Origin: an uncultured Clostridia bacterium
Lineage (GTDB): Bacteria > Bacillota > Clostridia > Christensenellales > DTU072
Direction of reading: 5' to 3'
Assembly: GCA_934274515.1 (NCBI GenBank)
Contig: CAKQTC010000003.1
Span: 1,948-65,947, forward strand
Length of the DNA: 64,000 bases
The notes beneath the pieces were generated by a model. That model had not been told where the DNA came from and searched no databases. It worked only from the letters and a program-made list of their open reading frames with translations. Of the stretch, positions 1 through 9,663 are shown one piece after another. Numbering within the stretch: position 1 is the first letter of the stretch; each line of letters starts with the position of its first letter. Position numbers and translations under genes: made by a program.

Positions 1-1101
1 ATTAATAATTCAAACGCGATAATTGTATCTGTGGATACAAATAGCGGGCTAAACGGAGATAACGGTTTATGCGATAAAGCGGTAAAAAGCAACATAACGA
101 TAAGCATAGGAACGTACAAAACCGGGCATTTTTTGGGTATGGCGAAAGACTATATAAAATCGCTTAAAAACGTAGATATAGGAATACCGATTATCGGAGA
201 AAAATTTTTTCTTGCCGAAGAAAGCGACTTCGCGTCTTTCGTTGAAGAAAGAAAGAATTATTCGCACAAAGGGACGTACGGCACGGCGATTATTGCGGGC
301 GGCTGCGCAAATTATTGCGGCGCGGTCAAACTCGCCGCGTCGTCGCTTGCCGCGCTTAAATCGGGCTGCGGCTTGTCGCGCGTAGTCGTGCCGAAAAGCA
401 TAATGCCGTCGGTCGCCGCAGAAATAAAAGAAAGCACGTTGTTTCCCTTGTCGGATAAAAACGGCGAAATGAAGTTCAAAAAGAAAGAACTTGCCGCCGC
501 GTTGTGCGGAGCAAGCGCAATGGCGATAGGAATGGGATGGGGAAAAGGAAAAAACAATCGTAAAATACTCGATTACGTTTTGCATAACGTCTGCTCTCCC
601 GTGATAATCGACGCCGACGGGTTAAATGTCCTTGCCGAAAACAAGGATTTAATTGTCGATAAAAAATGCGTTACCGTTCTTACTCCGCATGTCGGCGAAG
701 CGGCTAGGCTTTTGGGGAAAACCCGCGCCGAAATACTGTCCGATCCCGTTGCCGCGTCAAAATCGCTCGCTATCGACTATTCGTCGATAGTTGCGCTCAA
801 AGGCGCGGCAACGATAATAACCGACGGAAAAAGGGTTGTCGTTTCGAATACGGGGTGCGCGGGAATGGCGACCGCCGGCAGCGGCGACGTTTTAAGCGGA
901 ATTCTAGTCGGTGTTCTCGCGCAAAATCATCAAAATATGCTGTTATCCGTTGCTTACGCTACATATATCAATGGTTTAGCGGGAGAATTCGCGCAAAAAG
1001 AAAAAACGGATATATGTATGACTAGCGCGGATACAGTCACAAAAATACCCGATGCCGTCATATATTTAAGAGAAAGAGTTACGGGTGTGCGTTCCGTTTG
1101 A
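1..1101 (+). CDS. nnr: bifunctional NAD(P)H-hydrate repair enzyme Nnr (epimerase + ADP-dependent dehydratase), 5' end outside window
   Basis: Frame 1 is open from base 1: INNSNAIIVS precedes the GTG at 31 used by the track, so the gene enters truncated. VSVDTNSGL looks like the end of a YjeF_N epimerase domain. The rest is a YjeF_C carbohydrate-kinase-like domain (AGGCANYCGA, GSGDVLSGI). Confidence 0.85.
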   Translation: MNNSNAIIVSVDTNSGLNGDNGLCDKAVKSNITISIGTYKTGHFLGMAKDYIKSLKNVDIGIPIIGEKFFLAEESDFASFVEERKNYSHKGTYGTAIIAGGCANYCGAVKLAASSLAALKSGCGLSRVVVPKSIMPSVAAEIKESTLFPLSDKNGEMKFKKKELAAALCGASAMAIGMGWGKGKNNRKILDYVLHNVCSPVIIDADGLNVLAENKDLIVDKKCVTVLTPHVGEAARLLGKTRAEILSDPVAASKSLAIDYSSIVALKGAATIITDGKRVVVSNTGCAGMATAGSGDVLSGILVGVLAQNHQNMLLSVAYATYINGLAGEFAQKEKTDICMTSADTVTKIPDAVIYLRERVTGVRSV

Positions 1102-1162
1102 CAAAATCGGAAAGATAAAGTAAAGTTAATATTAATATAAACATAAAAATCGGAGGTTTTCG

Positions 1163-2056
1163 GTGAAAAAAAATAGGACTGTTTTTCAAGGGGTAGCGAC
1201 TGCGCTTATTACGCCGTTTTCGGGAAACGGAATAGATTACGAAAAATTCGGCGCGCTTATCGATTGGCAGATAGAGAGCGGAGTAAACGCGCTTGTCGTG
1301 TGCGGAACTACGGGAGAAGCGAGTACTCTTACCGACGACGAGCATAGGGACGCGATAGCGTATGCCGTTAAACGCGTGAACAAGAGAGTTCCGGTTATTG
1401 CCGGCGCAGGAAGTAACGATACTTCGTACGCGCTTGACCTGGCGAAATGTTCGTGCGAAGCGGGAGCGGACGCGTTGTTATGCGTTACGCCGTATTATAA
1501 CAAATGCACGCAAAACGGTCTGGTGAAAATGTTTACCGCAATAGCGGACAATAGCACTGTTCCCGTTATTTTATACAACGTGCCCGGCAGAACGGGGATA
1601 AACATCGAGCCGGCCACATACCTTGCGCTTGCCGATCATCCGAACGTTTGCGGCATCAAAGAGGCAAGCGGAAACATATCGAAAGCGGTGGAAACGATGT
1701 CTCTTGTAGGGGATAAACTTGACCTTTACAGCGGCAACGACGACCAAGTTTTGCCCATCCTTTCTCTGGGCGGAAAGGGTGTAATAAGCGTTTTAAGCAA
1801 CGTTGTTCCTCAAAAAACCGTAGAAATGTGCAATAGATTTTTCAAGGGCGACATAACCGGTTGCGCTAAACTGCAATATTCCATGCTACCGCTTATCCAC
1901 GCGCTTTTTTCCGAAGTAAATCCCATACCCGTTAAAGCGGCGATGAACGCAATGAATTTTTGCTCGCCCGACATTAGATTGCCCCTTACGGAACTAGAAG
2001 AAAACCATAAAAAAATTCTGTTTGAGGAAATGAGAAAGAACGGGGTTAAATTTTAG
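1163..2056 (+). CDS. dapA: 4-hydroxy-tetrahydrodipicolinate synthase
   Basis: 297 aa with GVATALITPF, VVCGTTGEASTLT and GIKEASG, typical of DapA/DHDPS. GGAGG at 1152-1156 lies 6 nt before the GTG start. Confidence 0.93.
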   Translation: MKKNRTVFQGVATALITPFSGNGIDYEKFGALIDWQIESGVNALVVCGTTGEASTLTDDEHRDAIAYAVKRVNKRVPVIAGAGSNDTSYALDLAKCSCEAGADALLCVTPYYNKCTQNGLVKMFTAIADNSTVPVILYNVPGRTGINIEPATYLALADHPNVCGIKEASGNISKAVETMSLVGDKLDLYSGNDDQVLPILSLGGKGVISVLSNVVPQKTVEMCNRFFKGDITGCAKLQYSMLPLIHALFSEVNPIPVKAAMNAMNFCSPDIRLPLTELEENHKKILFEEMRKNGVKF

Positions 2057-2078
2057 TTAAAGAAACAGAAAAACAGAC

Positions 2079-2110
2079 GGGCTGCGACGAAATCGCAGCC
2101 CTTTTTCTTT
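2079..2110. terminator. bidirectional intrinsic terminator between convergent dapA and the ABC permease
   Basis: Perfect 9-bp GC-rich stem gggctgcga/tcgcagccc with loop cgaaa. A T-run follows on the plus strand and an A-run precedes it (T-run on the minus strand). Confidence 0.75.
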
Positions 2111-2115
2111 ATTTG

Positions 2116-2910
2116 TTATAAGCCGAAATGTTTTTTCACCGCTTTTTCTATAAGCGCGACCAGTCCGTACATTCCGCCGGCAAGAGCGCAGAGAATAACC
2201 GTGCTCGTCATTACAAGGTCTAGTTGAAACACTTGCGAGCCGTAAACGAGCAAGTAACCGAGCCCTTTTTGAGAACTTAGATATTCGCCTAATATACTGC
2301 CAATCCAACTTAATCCGACGTTGATTTTCAATACGGAAATAAGCGTCGGAACGTTTGCGGGAAGAACGAGTTTTGTCAGAATTTTCAGTTTACTCGCTTT
2401 CATTGACTTTAAGAGCATTATCTTTTCCGCGTCCACGCCGATGAATCCTGCGAGCATGCTGATAATCGTGATGATGACGCAAATAAGAACCGCCATAAAG
2501 ATAATTGCCTTGGAACCCGTTCCCATCCACACGATGATTATCGGCCCGAGCGCGATTTTCGGCAGTGAGTTAAGCGTGATGATGTACGGTTCGAGTACTT
2601 CGCGTAATCCTTTGCTAAGCCATAAAATTATCGCGATAACGGTTCCGACGGCGGTCGCGATGACAAAACCCATCACCGTTTCGTATAAAGACGCGACGAT
2701 ATGCGGAAAGAGATTGTTTTGTTTATATAGTTCCCCGATTAAACGCACTATACGCGACGGTGACGAAATTATAAACGGGTCGATTACGTTGAACGCGGCA
2801 ACGAGTTCCCATAACCCGAGAAACGCCGCGAGAAGTCCGACGCGACAAACGGTGACGACTATTTTACGCGTCCTGAGTTTTTTCAAAAATCGCTTGTGTT
2901 CCGTACTCAT
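2116..2910 (-). CDS. ABC transporter permease (NitT/TauT, SsuC/TauC-like family)
   Basis: Multi-pass membrane protein with a BPD-transporter-type core (LNSLPKIALGPIIIVWMG). Start moved to the ATG at 2910 (MSTEHKRF), which has GGAGG 6 nt upstream. The track start at 2943 lacks an RBS. Confidence 0.85.
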   Translation of the reverse strand: MSTEHKRFLKKLRTRKIVVTVCRVGLLAAFLGLWELVAAFNVIDPFIISSPSRIVRLIGELYKQNNLFPHIVASLYETVMGFVIATAVGTVIAIILWLSKGLREVLEPYIITLNSLPKIALGPIIIVWMGTGSKAIIFMAVLICVIITIISMLAGFIGVDAEKIMLLKSMKASKLKILTKLVLPANVPTLISVLKINVGLSWIGSILGEYLSSQKGLGYLLVYGSQVFQLDLVMTSTVILCALAGGMYGLVALIEKAVKKHFGL

Positions 2911-3667
2911 TTTTATCCTCCAAAAGTTTCCATATCCGTTCAAAGTATTTTCCGAACTCGGGACTTTCTCTGCGTTTGAGCGGAGAAAGGGACTTGTCTA
3001 TATCGATGGTGAGTATGTCTTTGACGCGACCGGGACGAGCGGAAAGAACCACGACTTTGTCGCAAAGAGAGATACATTCGCTAATATCGTGAGTTACGAG
3101 CAAAGCGGTTTTCTTTTCCTGTTTGATAATCGAATATACGTCGTCGCATACGTTAAGACGAGTTTGAAAATCGAGCGCGGAAAACGGTTCGTCGAGAAGT
3201 AACACGTCGGGACGAAGCACAAGCGTCCGTATTAGAGCCACGCGTTGCCGCATGCCGCCGGAAAGTTCGGACGGGTGTTTTTTCGTGACGTCGCCTAAGC
3301 CGTATTTGTTAAGAAGCGACAAACCGTATTTTACGTTTTCTTTGGTTTTCGTTTTCGTGATTTCAAGACCGAGCATCACGTTTTTTTCAATCGTTCGCCA
3401 TTCGAACAGTTGGTCGCGTTGCGGCATGAGAGCAATTTGCCTAGACGATGGAGCGAGCGGTTTGCCGAGAAGTAAAATCTCGCCTCCGGCAGGAGGGTAA
3501 ATTCCCGCCAAGAGATTGAGTATCGTCGTTTTACCGCATCCGCTCGGTCCGACCAAACCTACAAACTCGCCTTCGTCTACCGTAAACCCGATACTTTGTA
3601 TGGCGGGCGTTTCGCGGTCCTTGCCGTGGTAAGTAAAGTCGAGATTTTTTAGTTCAAGTACGTTCAT
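2864..3667 (-). CDS. ABC transporter ATP-binding protein (NitT/TauT family)
   Basis: Walker A GPSGCGKTT, signature LSGGMRQRVAL, Walker B LLLDEPFSALD. Overlaps the downstream permease start by 47 nt. Confidence 0.92.
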   Translation of the reverse strand: MNVLELKNLDFTYHGKDRETPAIQSIGFTVDEGEFVGLVGPSGCGKTTILNLLAGIYPPAGGEILLLGKPLAPSSRQIALMPQRDQLFEWRTIEKNVMLGLEITKTKTKENVKYGLSLLNKYGLGDVTKKHPSELSGGMRQRVALIRTLVLRPDVLLLDEPFSALDFQTRLNVCDDVYSIIKQEKKTALLVTHDISECISLCDKVVVLSARPGRVKDILTIDIDKSLSPLKRRESPEFGKYFERIWKLLEDKNEYGTQAIFEKTQDA

Positions 3668-3678
3668 TTTTTTCTCCG

Positions 3679-4680
3679 TTATTTACCGTAAATTTCGTCG
3701 AGTACGTCGTTATAAACGACGTCGGCGTACGCAACCTTTTCTTTAATCGTGCCGGCGCGAAGAAGAACGTTTTGCAGGTGGGAAAAACTTTCTTCCGTCA
3801 TATACGCTTTTTTCGCCCACGCGTCAATGGATTGATAACTTTTTATCGCCTTTTCGAGCAGAACTTTGTCCGTCGTGGAAAAAGAAGGAGAAACCGCCTC
3901 GGCTATCTCTTTCGCGGACGCTTCAAGACAGAAATTCATTGCTTTAATTATCGCTTTCATAAACGAGGAAACTCTGTTTCTGTTGCCCGAAATATATTTT
4001 TCGGTAGCCATAAAGCAAGTATAAGCCACATTGCCGACTTCCGCGCCGACGCTCGAAACGATATAACCTTTGCCCTCGGATTGATATTGACTTGCGGCAG
4101 GTTCGAACATAGTGCAATAATCTCCGACGCCGCTTTCGAACGCCGCGGTAATGAGATCGAACTGCACGTCGTAGTTTATGTTTACGTCCGTTCCGTCTTT
4201 AAGACCGTTTTGAAAAACGGCGTATTCAAGACACATAGCCGGCATGCCGCCGCGACGACCGCCTATGATTTCTTTGTTGCGCAAATTCGTCCATTTGAAG
4301 TCTTTTTCCGCAGTTCTGCCGATTAAGAAAGAACCGTCCTTTTGGGTAAGTTGACCGATGATTTTCGCGGTATTCGCACTCCCTTGCGCCTTGACGTATA
4401 CCGAAGTCTCGGGACCGAGTAGGGCTATGTCGGCATTGCCGCTTATGAGAGCGGTCATACTCTTGTCGCTTCCGCCGCCGTTGGTGAGTTCGATTTTTAA
4501 GCCGTTTTCTTCAAAATATCCTTTGTTTATCGCAACGTATAGCGGCGCGTAAAAAACCGAATGGGTTACTTCGTTAACGCGGATGACGTCGTCGCTTTTT
4601 TTGTCGGAACAAGCCGCAAAACAAAAACACCCGATGACCGCCATAGCCGCGATTAAAACAAGCGTGATTAGTTTTTTCAT
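3679..4680 (-). CDS. ABC substrate-binding lipoprotein, NMT1/THI5-like (SsuA/TauA-type); substrate unknown
   Basis: Signal peptide with lipobox (CFCFAAC-SDKK). IRVNEV..FYAPLYVAINKGYFEENGLKIEL resembles NMT1-like binding proteins. First gene of a three-gene minus-strand operon. Confidence 0.8.
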   Translation of the reverse strand: MKKLITLVLIAAMAVIGCFCFAACSDKKSDDVIRVNEVTHSVFYAPLYVAINKGYFEENGLKIELTNGGGSDKSMTALISGNADIALLGPETSVYVKAQGSANTAKIIGQLTQKDGSFLIGRTAEKDFKWTNLRNKEIIGGRRGGMPAMCLEYAVFQNGLKDGTDVNINYDVQFDLITAAFESGVGDYCTMFEPAASQYQSEGKGYIVSSVGAEVGNVAYTCFMATEKYISGNRNRVSSFMKAIIKAMNFCLEASAKEIAEAVSPSFSTTDKVLLEKAIKSYQSIDAWAKKAYMTEESFSHLQNVLLRAGTIKEKVAYADVVYNDVLDEIYGK

Positions 4681-4846
4681 TGTTAAAGAACCTCCTATAT
4701 ATTACATTCTTATGTCAGAGAGGTTTTTTTGCGTGACCCGAAAAACGCAAGCAAACCGCTTTACGATACGAAGTGCGGCGCGCTCGTTAAGGAATTTTTA
4801 ATTTTTTTATTATTAAATAATAACGTAATAAATTTTCGTTCCACTG

Positions 4847-4875
4847 TTGAAAACACGACTGCGCTGTGATATAAT
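4847..4875 (+). promoter_or_regulatory. SigA-type promoter TTGAAA-17-TATAAT
   Basis: ttgaaa at 4847-4852, a 17-nt spacer, then tataat at 4870-4875. The TTG used by the ORF track as a start codon is the -35 hexamer. Confidence 0.6.
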
Positions 4876-4903
4876 AAGGCACGACAAAAAACTTGCACTA
4901 TAT

Positions 4904-7027
4904 ATGGTTAATAAAAATAATATAAAAACAATAAAAGCGATAATTTTCATTGCGGTTCTGGCCGCGGCTATTGCCGCGGTTTTCGGCGTAAAGTTTAACG
5001 CGACGAACTACGCGGCGTACGCAGACGAACCGACGGTGAGAGCGAAAGAATTAAAAGGTTACTATTTTATCGGTTTGAACGGCGTTTCGGCGAATATAGC
5101 CGAACGTGAATACACCAACGAAAAATATCCGTGTAGGGTTGTCGCGCGGTTCGAAGTAACCGCGCCGTATTATTTTATCGAAACAAACGGCGAAACCGAG
5201 CAGAGCAAAGTTGAAAAAACTCCCGAAAATCAAATTGTAGAATACGAGGCGAACGAGAGCGGTAATTACGAGGTAAAGGTTATCGGATGCTCGGACGAAA
5301 AAGGGACGAAACTCGACCATACTATCGTCTATTTTTCCGTTGACGCGGATAAGCCCACCATAGCCGATGGGGAAAAAGTCGTCGAGCCTATGACGGAATG
5401 GTTACGGGAAGGAAAGAAATACGTCGCCGTTGCGAATTGGAGCGCGTTCAGGGACGACAGAAGCGGAGTAAGCAAGATATGCTATTATTTCGAGTATCCG
5501 AACGGTTCGACGGGAGAAGTAACCGTACTCGATTACGTTTCTTCGGACAGAACCGAATTTGAAATAACCGAAAAATGCACTCTCGTAGCGGTCTGTTACG
5601 ACAACGCCGGAAACGGACTTGAAGTGAGATACGGATTCGACAGATTCGATTTTTACGCGCCGCCCGCGCCGACGTACGAAATAACGCCCGAACCGAGAGA
5701 AGGTTTTTACGCGTCCGAATACAAGGTAAAAGTTACGTTTTTGCCCGACAACGGCGGAAGCGGATTGCAACAAACGCAATACTATACGATCTATGAAAAC
5801 GGGCAAGCGGTAACGAAACCTTTTGAACAGGCGTCAACGGAAGTTTGCGCTATAAGCCTTGCGACCGCGTGCGACCATAAGATTATTTTATACGCTACCG
5901 ACAACGCAGGCAACGTGTCCGAAACGAAATCGCTAATCGTGCCGTTTTCCGCATTTGACGTAACCGAACCCACAATTAAAGATAAACCGACGCTAACCGT
6001 AGACGTACTCGACGCGAACGCGTTTTTTACCGTATCGGTTTATGCGACGGACAAAAACGAAAGCGGTATAAGCAAGGCAACGTTTTTCTACGGCGACAAG
6101 TCGTACGAAATGAAACCCGATCAAACCGTTAACGGCGGATACGCCCGTTACGTCGTAGTTTTGCCGTACGACGCTTTTAACGCAAAGGTTAAGGAATTTA
6201 TCATAGGGATGGAAGACGCGGCAGGAAATCGCGCGGAACGCGTTGATTCCATACCTTATTTTTCCGACTCGGAAACGGCGACGCTGATAAATCGCGTAAT
6301 GAAGACGCTGGACGGATTTACGAAGACGGATTATACGGACGCGGCGGCTAAATCTGTGGAACGGGACGCCGCAACGCTCAACAGGCTGTTGTCCTATCCG
6401 GGTAACTCGAAATCGGACATAATAAAAACGGCGCAAAGTCTTATGACGTCGATTGAAAGCGACGTGACGTGTTCTACGATAATAGAAAGCGTACCCGATT
6501 ATGCGTCGGGGATAATATCGTTCAGCGCGTTTGAAACGGATTTTACCGAGTTTAAGAAAGGAACGCAGGTTACGCTTACGCTTACGAAAGGAAAGAGCGA
6601 CGGTAAGGATTATCCGTCGATAGTAAAAGCGGGCAAGGCGTTTACCGATTTCTTCGGGCTTAAAATTACGATTGACGGCAAAGAACTTGCCGAGCCGCTA
6701 AAAAAAGGATTGTCGGTTAAAATGAATATGCCGAACAAGTACCTTGACAGAACGGTTGCGCTCGTCAACGTTAAAACGGGCGAAGTCGTGCCTACGGAAA
6801 CAATAAACAACGCGATAAGGTTTACGATTAAACAAAGCACCGATTACGCGCTTGTTATTTACGGCAGCAGAGAACCTACTGCGACGATGCAAGAAGCGTC
6901 GAAAAAAGTAACGGTTTTCGGAAAGGAAATGCCGTTAAGCAGGTTTTTGTGGATTGTGTGCGGATGCGGCGGCGCAGCGGTCGTTCTTGTGGCGGCGTTA
7001 ATTATTTTGAAGAAAAGAACGAGATAA
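4904..7027 (+). CDS. type I membrane-anchored surface protein with three Ig-like modules
   Basis: First ATG downstream of the promoter. N-terminal signal or anchor (AIIFIAVLAAAIAAVFG). Three modules each carry SG[VIL] and D[ND]AGN motifs (CYDNAGNG, ATDNAGNV, MEDAAGNR). C-terminal TM helix plus KKRTR tail, no LPXTG. Confidence 0.7.
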   Translation: MVNKNNIKTIKAIIFIAVLAAAIAAVFGVKFNATNYAAYADEPTVRAKELKGYYFIGLNGVSANIAEREYTNEKYPCRVVARFEVTAPYYFIETNGETEQSKVEKTPENQIVEYEANESGNYEVKVIGCSDEKGTKLDHTIVYFSVDADKPTIADGEKVVEPMTEWLREGKKYVAVANWSAFRDDRSGVSKICYYFEYPNGSTGEVTVLDYVSSDRTEFEITEKCTLVAVCYDNAGNGLEVRYGFDRFDFYAPPAPTYEITPEPREGFYASEYKVKVTFLPDNGGSGLQQTQYYTIYENGQAVTKPFEQASTEVCAISLATACDHKIILYATDNAGNVSETKSLIVPFSAFDVTEPTIKDKPTLTVDVLDANAFFTVSVYATDKNESGISKATFFYGDKSYEMKPDQTVNGGYARYVVVLPYDAFNAKVKEFIIGMEDAAGNRAERVDSIPYFSDSETATLINRVMKTLDGFTKTDYTDAAAKSVERDAATLNRLLSYPGNSKSDIIKTAQSLMTSIESDVTCSTIIESVPDYASGIISFSAFETDFTEFKKGTQVTLTLTKGKSDGKDYPSIVKAGKAFTDFFGLKITIDGKELAEPLKKGLSVKMNMPNKYLDRTVALVNVKTGEVVPTETINNAIRFTIKQSTDYALVIYGSREPTATMQEASKKVTVFGKEMPLSRFLWIVCGCGGAAVVLVAALIILKKRTR

Positions 7028-7044
7028 ACGATGAGGGGACTTTT

Positions 7045-8577
7045 ATGTTTACGACGGTAAAAAGTTATGCTTTGGACGGTATAGACGGATATGCGGTCGA
7101 AGTCGAAGTGTTTGCGCAAAACGGGTTGCCTGCGCTCGAAGTGGTCGGACTTGCGACGAGTGCGGTCAAGGAAGCGAAAGAGCGAGTAAGAAGCGCGATA
7201 ACAAACAGCGGTTTCGATTTCGGAATGCATAAGACGGTAATAAATCTTGCGCCTGCGGACGTGAGAAAAGAAGGGTCGGGGTTGGATCTCGCGATAGCGA
7301 TCGGTTATCTTGCCGCGATAGGACAAATACCGTATTCCGGGTGCAAAGATTACGTGTTTTTGGGCGAACTCTCGCTTGACGGAACGTTGCGTAGAATTAA
7401 CGGCGTTATGCCGCTACTATTAAGTGCTGTTCAAGCGGGATATAAAAAGTTCGTCGTTCCGTCGGACAATGCCAAAGAAGCGGCTTACGTGCACGGCGCG
7501 GAAGTGTACGCTATGAGTAGTTTATCGGAAGTAGTCGGTCTTTGCGTCGGACTTAAATACGAGCCGATTCAGACGGAAGAATACGACGACGGAGAGATAA
7601 TCGTTCCCGAAGTCGATATAGGGGACGTAAAAGGTCAACTAATGGCAAAGCGCGGACTTGAAATAGCGGTGGCGGGTGCGCATAATCTGCTTATGTGCGG
7701 GTCGCCCGGCACGGGAAAAACGATGCTTGCAAGATGCGTCACGGGGATTATGCCTAAGATGACGTTTGAAGAAGGCATCGAAGTAACGAAGATACATTCG
7801 GTGTCCGGACTTATCGCGCCGGAAGAAGGAATGATTAAGCGCAGACCGTTTCGCTCTCCTCATCACACGGCGAGCGTATTCAGTCTAACGGGCGGAGGAG
7901 CCAAAGCGACGCCCGGCGAAGTAAGTCTTGCGCATAACGGCGTTTTGTTCCTCGACGAAATGCCCGAATATAACAGGAAAGCACTCGAAGCGTTGCGTCA
8001 ACCGATAGAAGACGGCAAAATTTCCATAGCGAGAGTAAACAGAAGCGTTGTCTACCCTGCAAGGTTTATGCTTATAGCGAGTATGAACCCGTGCCCGTGC
8101 GGCTATTACGGGTCGAGCGTAAAGCAATGTACCTGTACGCAACGGGAGATACTTAACTATGTATCGAGAATATCGGGACCGTTGCTTGACAGAATAGATT
8201 TGTACGTTACGGTAGATAATATCGAATACGGCGAGTTTCGCTCCAAACGGAAAGCGGAAAGCAGCGAAAGCGTGAGAGCAAGGGTGGAAAACGCAAGGGA
8301 TATACAGTTACGGCGGTTCAAAGAATACGGCATATACGCGAATTCGCAAATGAACAACGCGCTTATCGACAAGTTCTGCAAAATTGACGCGGACAGCGAA
8401 CGATTGCTTAAAGACGTGTTTGAGAGCAAGAATTTAAGTCCGAGAGCGACGACGAGGATACTTAAAACGGCGAGAACGATAGCCGATCTTGCGGAGAGAG
8501 AAGATATCGTTTTTGACGACGTGGCGGAAGCGGTGCAGTATAAAACCGTTGACAAAAAGGAGTTTATACTCGGATGA
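7045..8577 (+). CDS. comM: YifB/ComM family Mg-chelatase-like AAA+ ATPase
   Basis: MFTTVKSYALDGIDGYAVEVEV N-terminus, Lon-protease-like N-domain, Walker A GSPGTGKT, Cys-rich PCPCGYYGS..CTC. ATG at 7045 follows GAGGGGA. The track start at 6949 overlaps the upstream gene. Confidence 0.9.
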   Translation: MFTTVKSYALDGIDGYAVEVEVFAQNGLPALEVVGLATSAVKEAKERVRSAITNSGFDFGMHKTVINLAPADVRKEGSGLDLAIAIGYLAAIGQIPYSGCKDYVFLGELSLDGTLRRINGVMPLLLSAVQAGYKKFVVPSDNAKEAAYVHGAEVYAMSSLSEVVGLCVGLKYEPIQTEEYDDGEIIVPEVDIGDVKGQLMAKRGLEIAVAGAHNLLMCGSPGTGKTMLARCVTGIMPKMTFEEGIEVTKIHSVSGLIAPEEGMIKRRPFRSPHHTASVFSLTGGGAKATPGEVSLAHNGVLFLDEMPEYNRKALEALRQPIEDGKISIARVNRSVVYPARFMLIASMNPCPCGYYGSSVKQCTCTQREILNYVSRISGPLLDRIDLYVTVDNIEYGEFRSKRKAESSESVRARVENARDIQLRRFKEYGIYANSQMNNALIDKFCKIDADSERLLKDVFESKNLSPRATTRILKTARTIADLAEREDIVFDDVAEAVQYKTVDKKEFILG

Positions 8578-9659
8578 AACTTACGGATAAACAGAAAGCC
8601 GTGCTTATAGTGACTTCCGCGTACGGTATAGGCGTGACCAAGGGAAGGAAACTTCTCGACGCGATAGACGCGGACGATATGGCAAACAACCTAGCAAAAT
8701 GCAGGAGTAAAATAATCGCTCTTCTCGGAGAAAAAGATTATCGGGAGATATGCATAAGCGCGGCGAACGCGAATTTTGACGAAACCGAACGCAAACTCGA
8801 ATTATGCAAAGTTAAACTCGTTACCATACTCGACGAAGAATATCCTAAGAATATGCTTTGCTACGAAGACGCGCCGTTGTTGCTTTATTGCAAAGGCGAT
8901 ATCGGATTGCTTAACTTACCTGCGTTTGCCGTAGTGGGGACGAGATTTCCTACGAAATACGGCGTTCGCGCGACGGAAGAGTTTGTATCGAAGTTAAGCG
9001 AACGGTTCGTAATAGTAAGCGGTATGGCGCGCGGAATAGACTCGGTTTCTCACAGAACCGCACTCGAATCGCGCGGAAAGACGGTGGCGGTTTTGGGTTG
9101 CGGAGTGGACGTAGTGTACCCGCCCGAAAACAAATCGCTTTACGATGAAATAGCGGAATACGGGCTTGTGATAAGCGAATATCCGCTCGGAGAAGCGGCG
9201 ACTGCGCATAATTTTCCTGCGAGAAACAGAATAATAAGCGGTATATCTCGTGCGGTTTTGATTACCGAAGCGGGAGAAAGCAGCGGAACGATGCTCACGC
9301 TTAATTATGCGCTTAACCAAGGCAAAGACGTATTCTGTGTTCCGGGGAGTATTTTTAACAAGGCAAGCGCGGGCTGCAACAAAGCGATAAAAGAATGTCA
9401 AACCAGGCTTGTGACGGACGTTAACGATATTTATTCCGAACTCGGAATGACGAAAACGGACGTGTCCAAACCCAGCAATATACAACTTGACGTAAACGAG
9501 GACAGCGTGCTTAACGCGCTCGCGAAAAACGGAGAAATGCATTTTGAAGAAATTCTCGACGTCGTGGATTTAAGCGTACCGCAACTTAATTCGTTGCTTA
9601 CGAAAATGACAGCCGTCGGGTTGATAACAAAAACCAAATATAATTATTGGAGCATATAA
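8574..9659 (+). CDS. dprA: DNA-processing protein DprA (Smf)
   Basis: GMARGIDSVSHRTALE, VLGCGVDVVYPPEN and a Rossmann-like DprA core. The start overlaps the comM stop (ATGA). Confidence 0.92.
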   Translation: MKLTDKQKAVLIVTSAYGIGVTKGRKLLDAIDADDMANNLAKCRSKIIALLGEKDYREICISAANANFDETERKLELCKVKLVTILDEEYPKNMLCYEDAPLLLYCKGDIGLLNLPAFAVVGTRFPTKYGVRATEEFVSKLSERFVIVSGMARGIDSVSHRTALESRGKTVAVLGCGVDVVYPPENKSLYDEIAEYGLVISEYPLGEAATAHNFPARNRIISGISRAVLITEAGESSGTMLTLNYALNQGKDVFCVPGSIFNKASAGCNKAIKECQTRLVTDVNDIYSELGMTKTDVSKPSNIQLDVNEDSVLNALAKNGEMHFEEILDVVDLSVPQLNSLLTKMTAVGLITKTKYNYWSI

Positions 9660-9663
9660 ATTT

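Noticed and set aside
2321-3202. 293-aa plus-strand ORF across the ABC permease/ATPase genes
   Set aside because: It is antisense to two genes with clear ABC motifs, and has no RBS or recognisable domain.
4681-4846. Riboswitch (TPP or other) upstream of the NMT1-like ABC operon
   Set aside because: Reading the minus strand, I found no CUGAGA/ACCUGA TPP core or other riboswitch signature I recognise, only a weak 6-bp hairpin (ttgcgt/acgcaa). A covariance-model scan would be needed to be sure.
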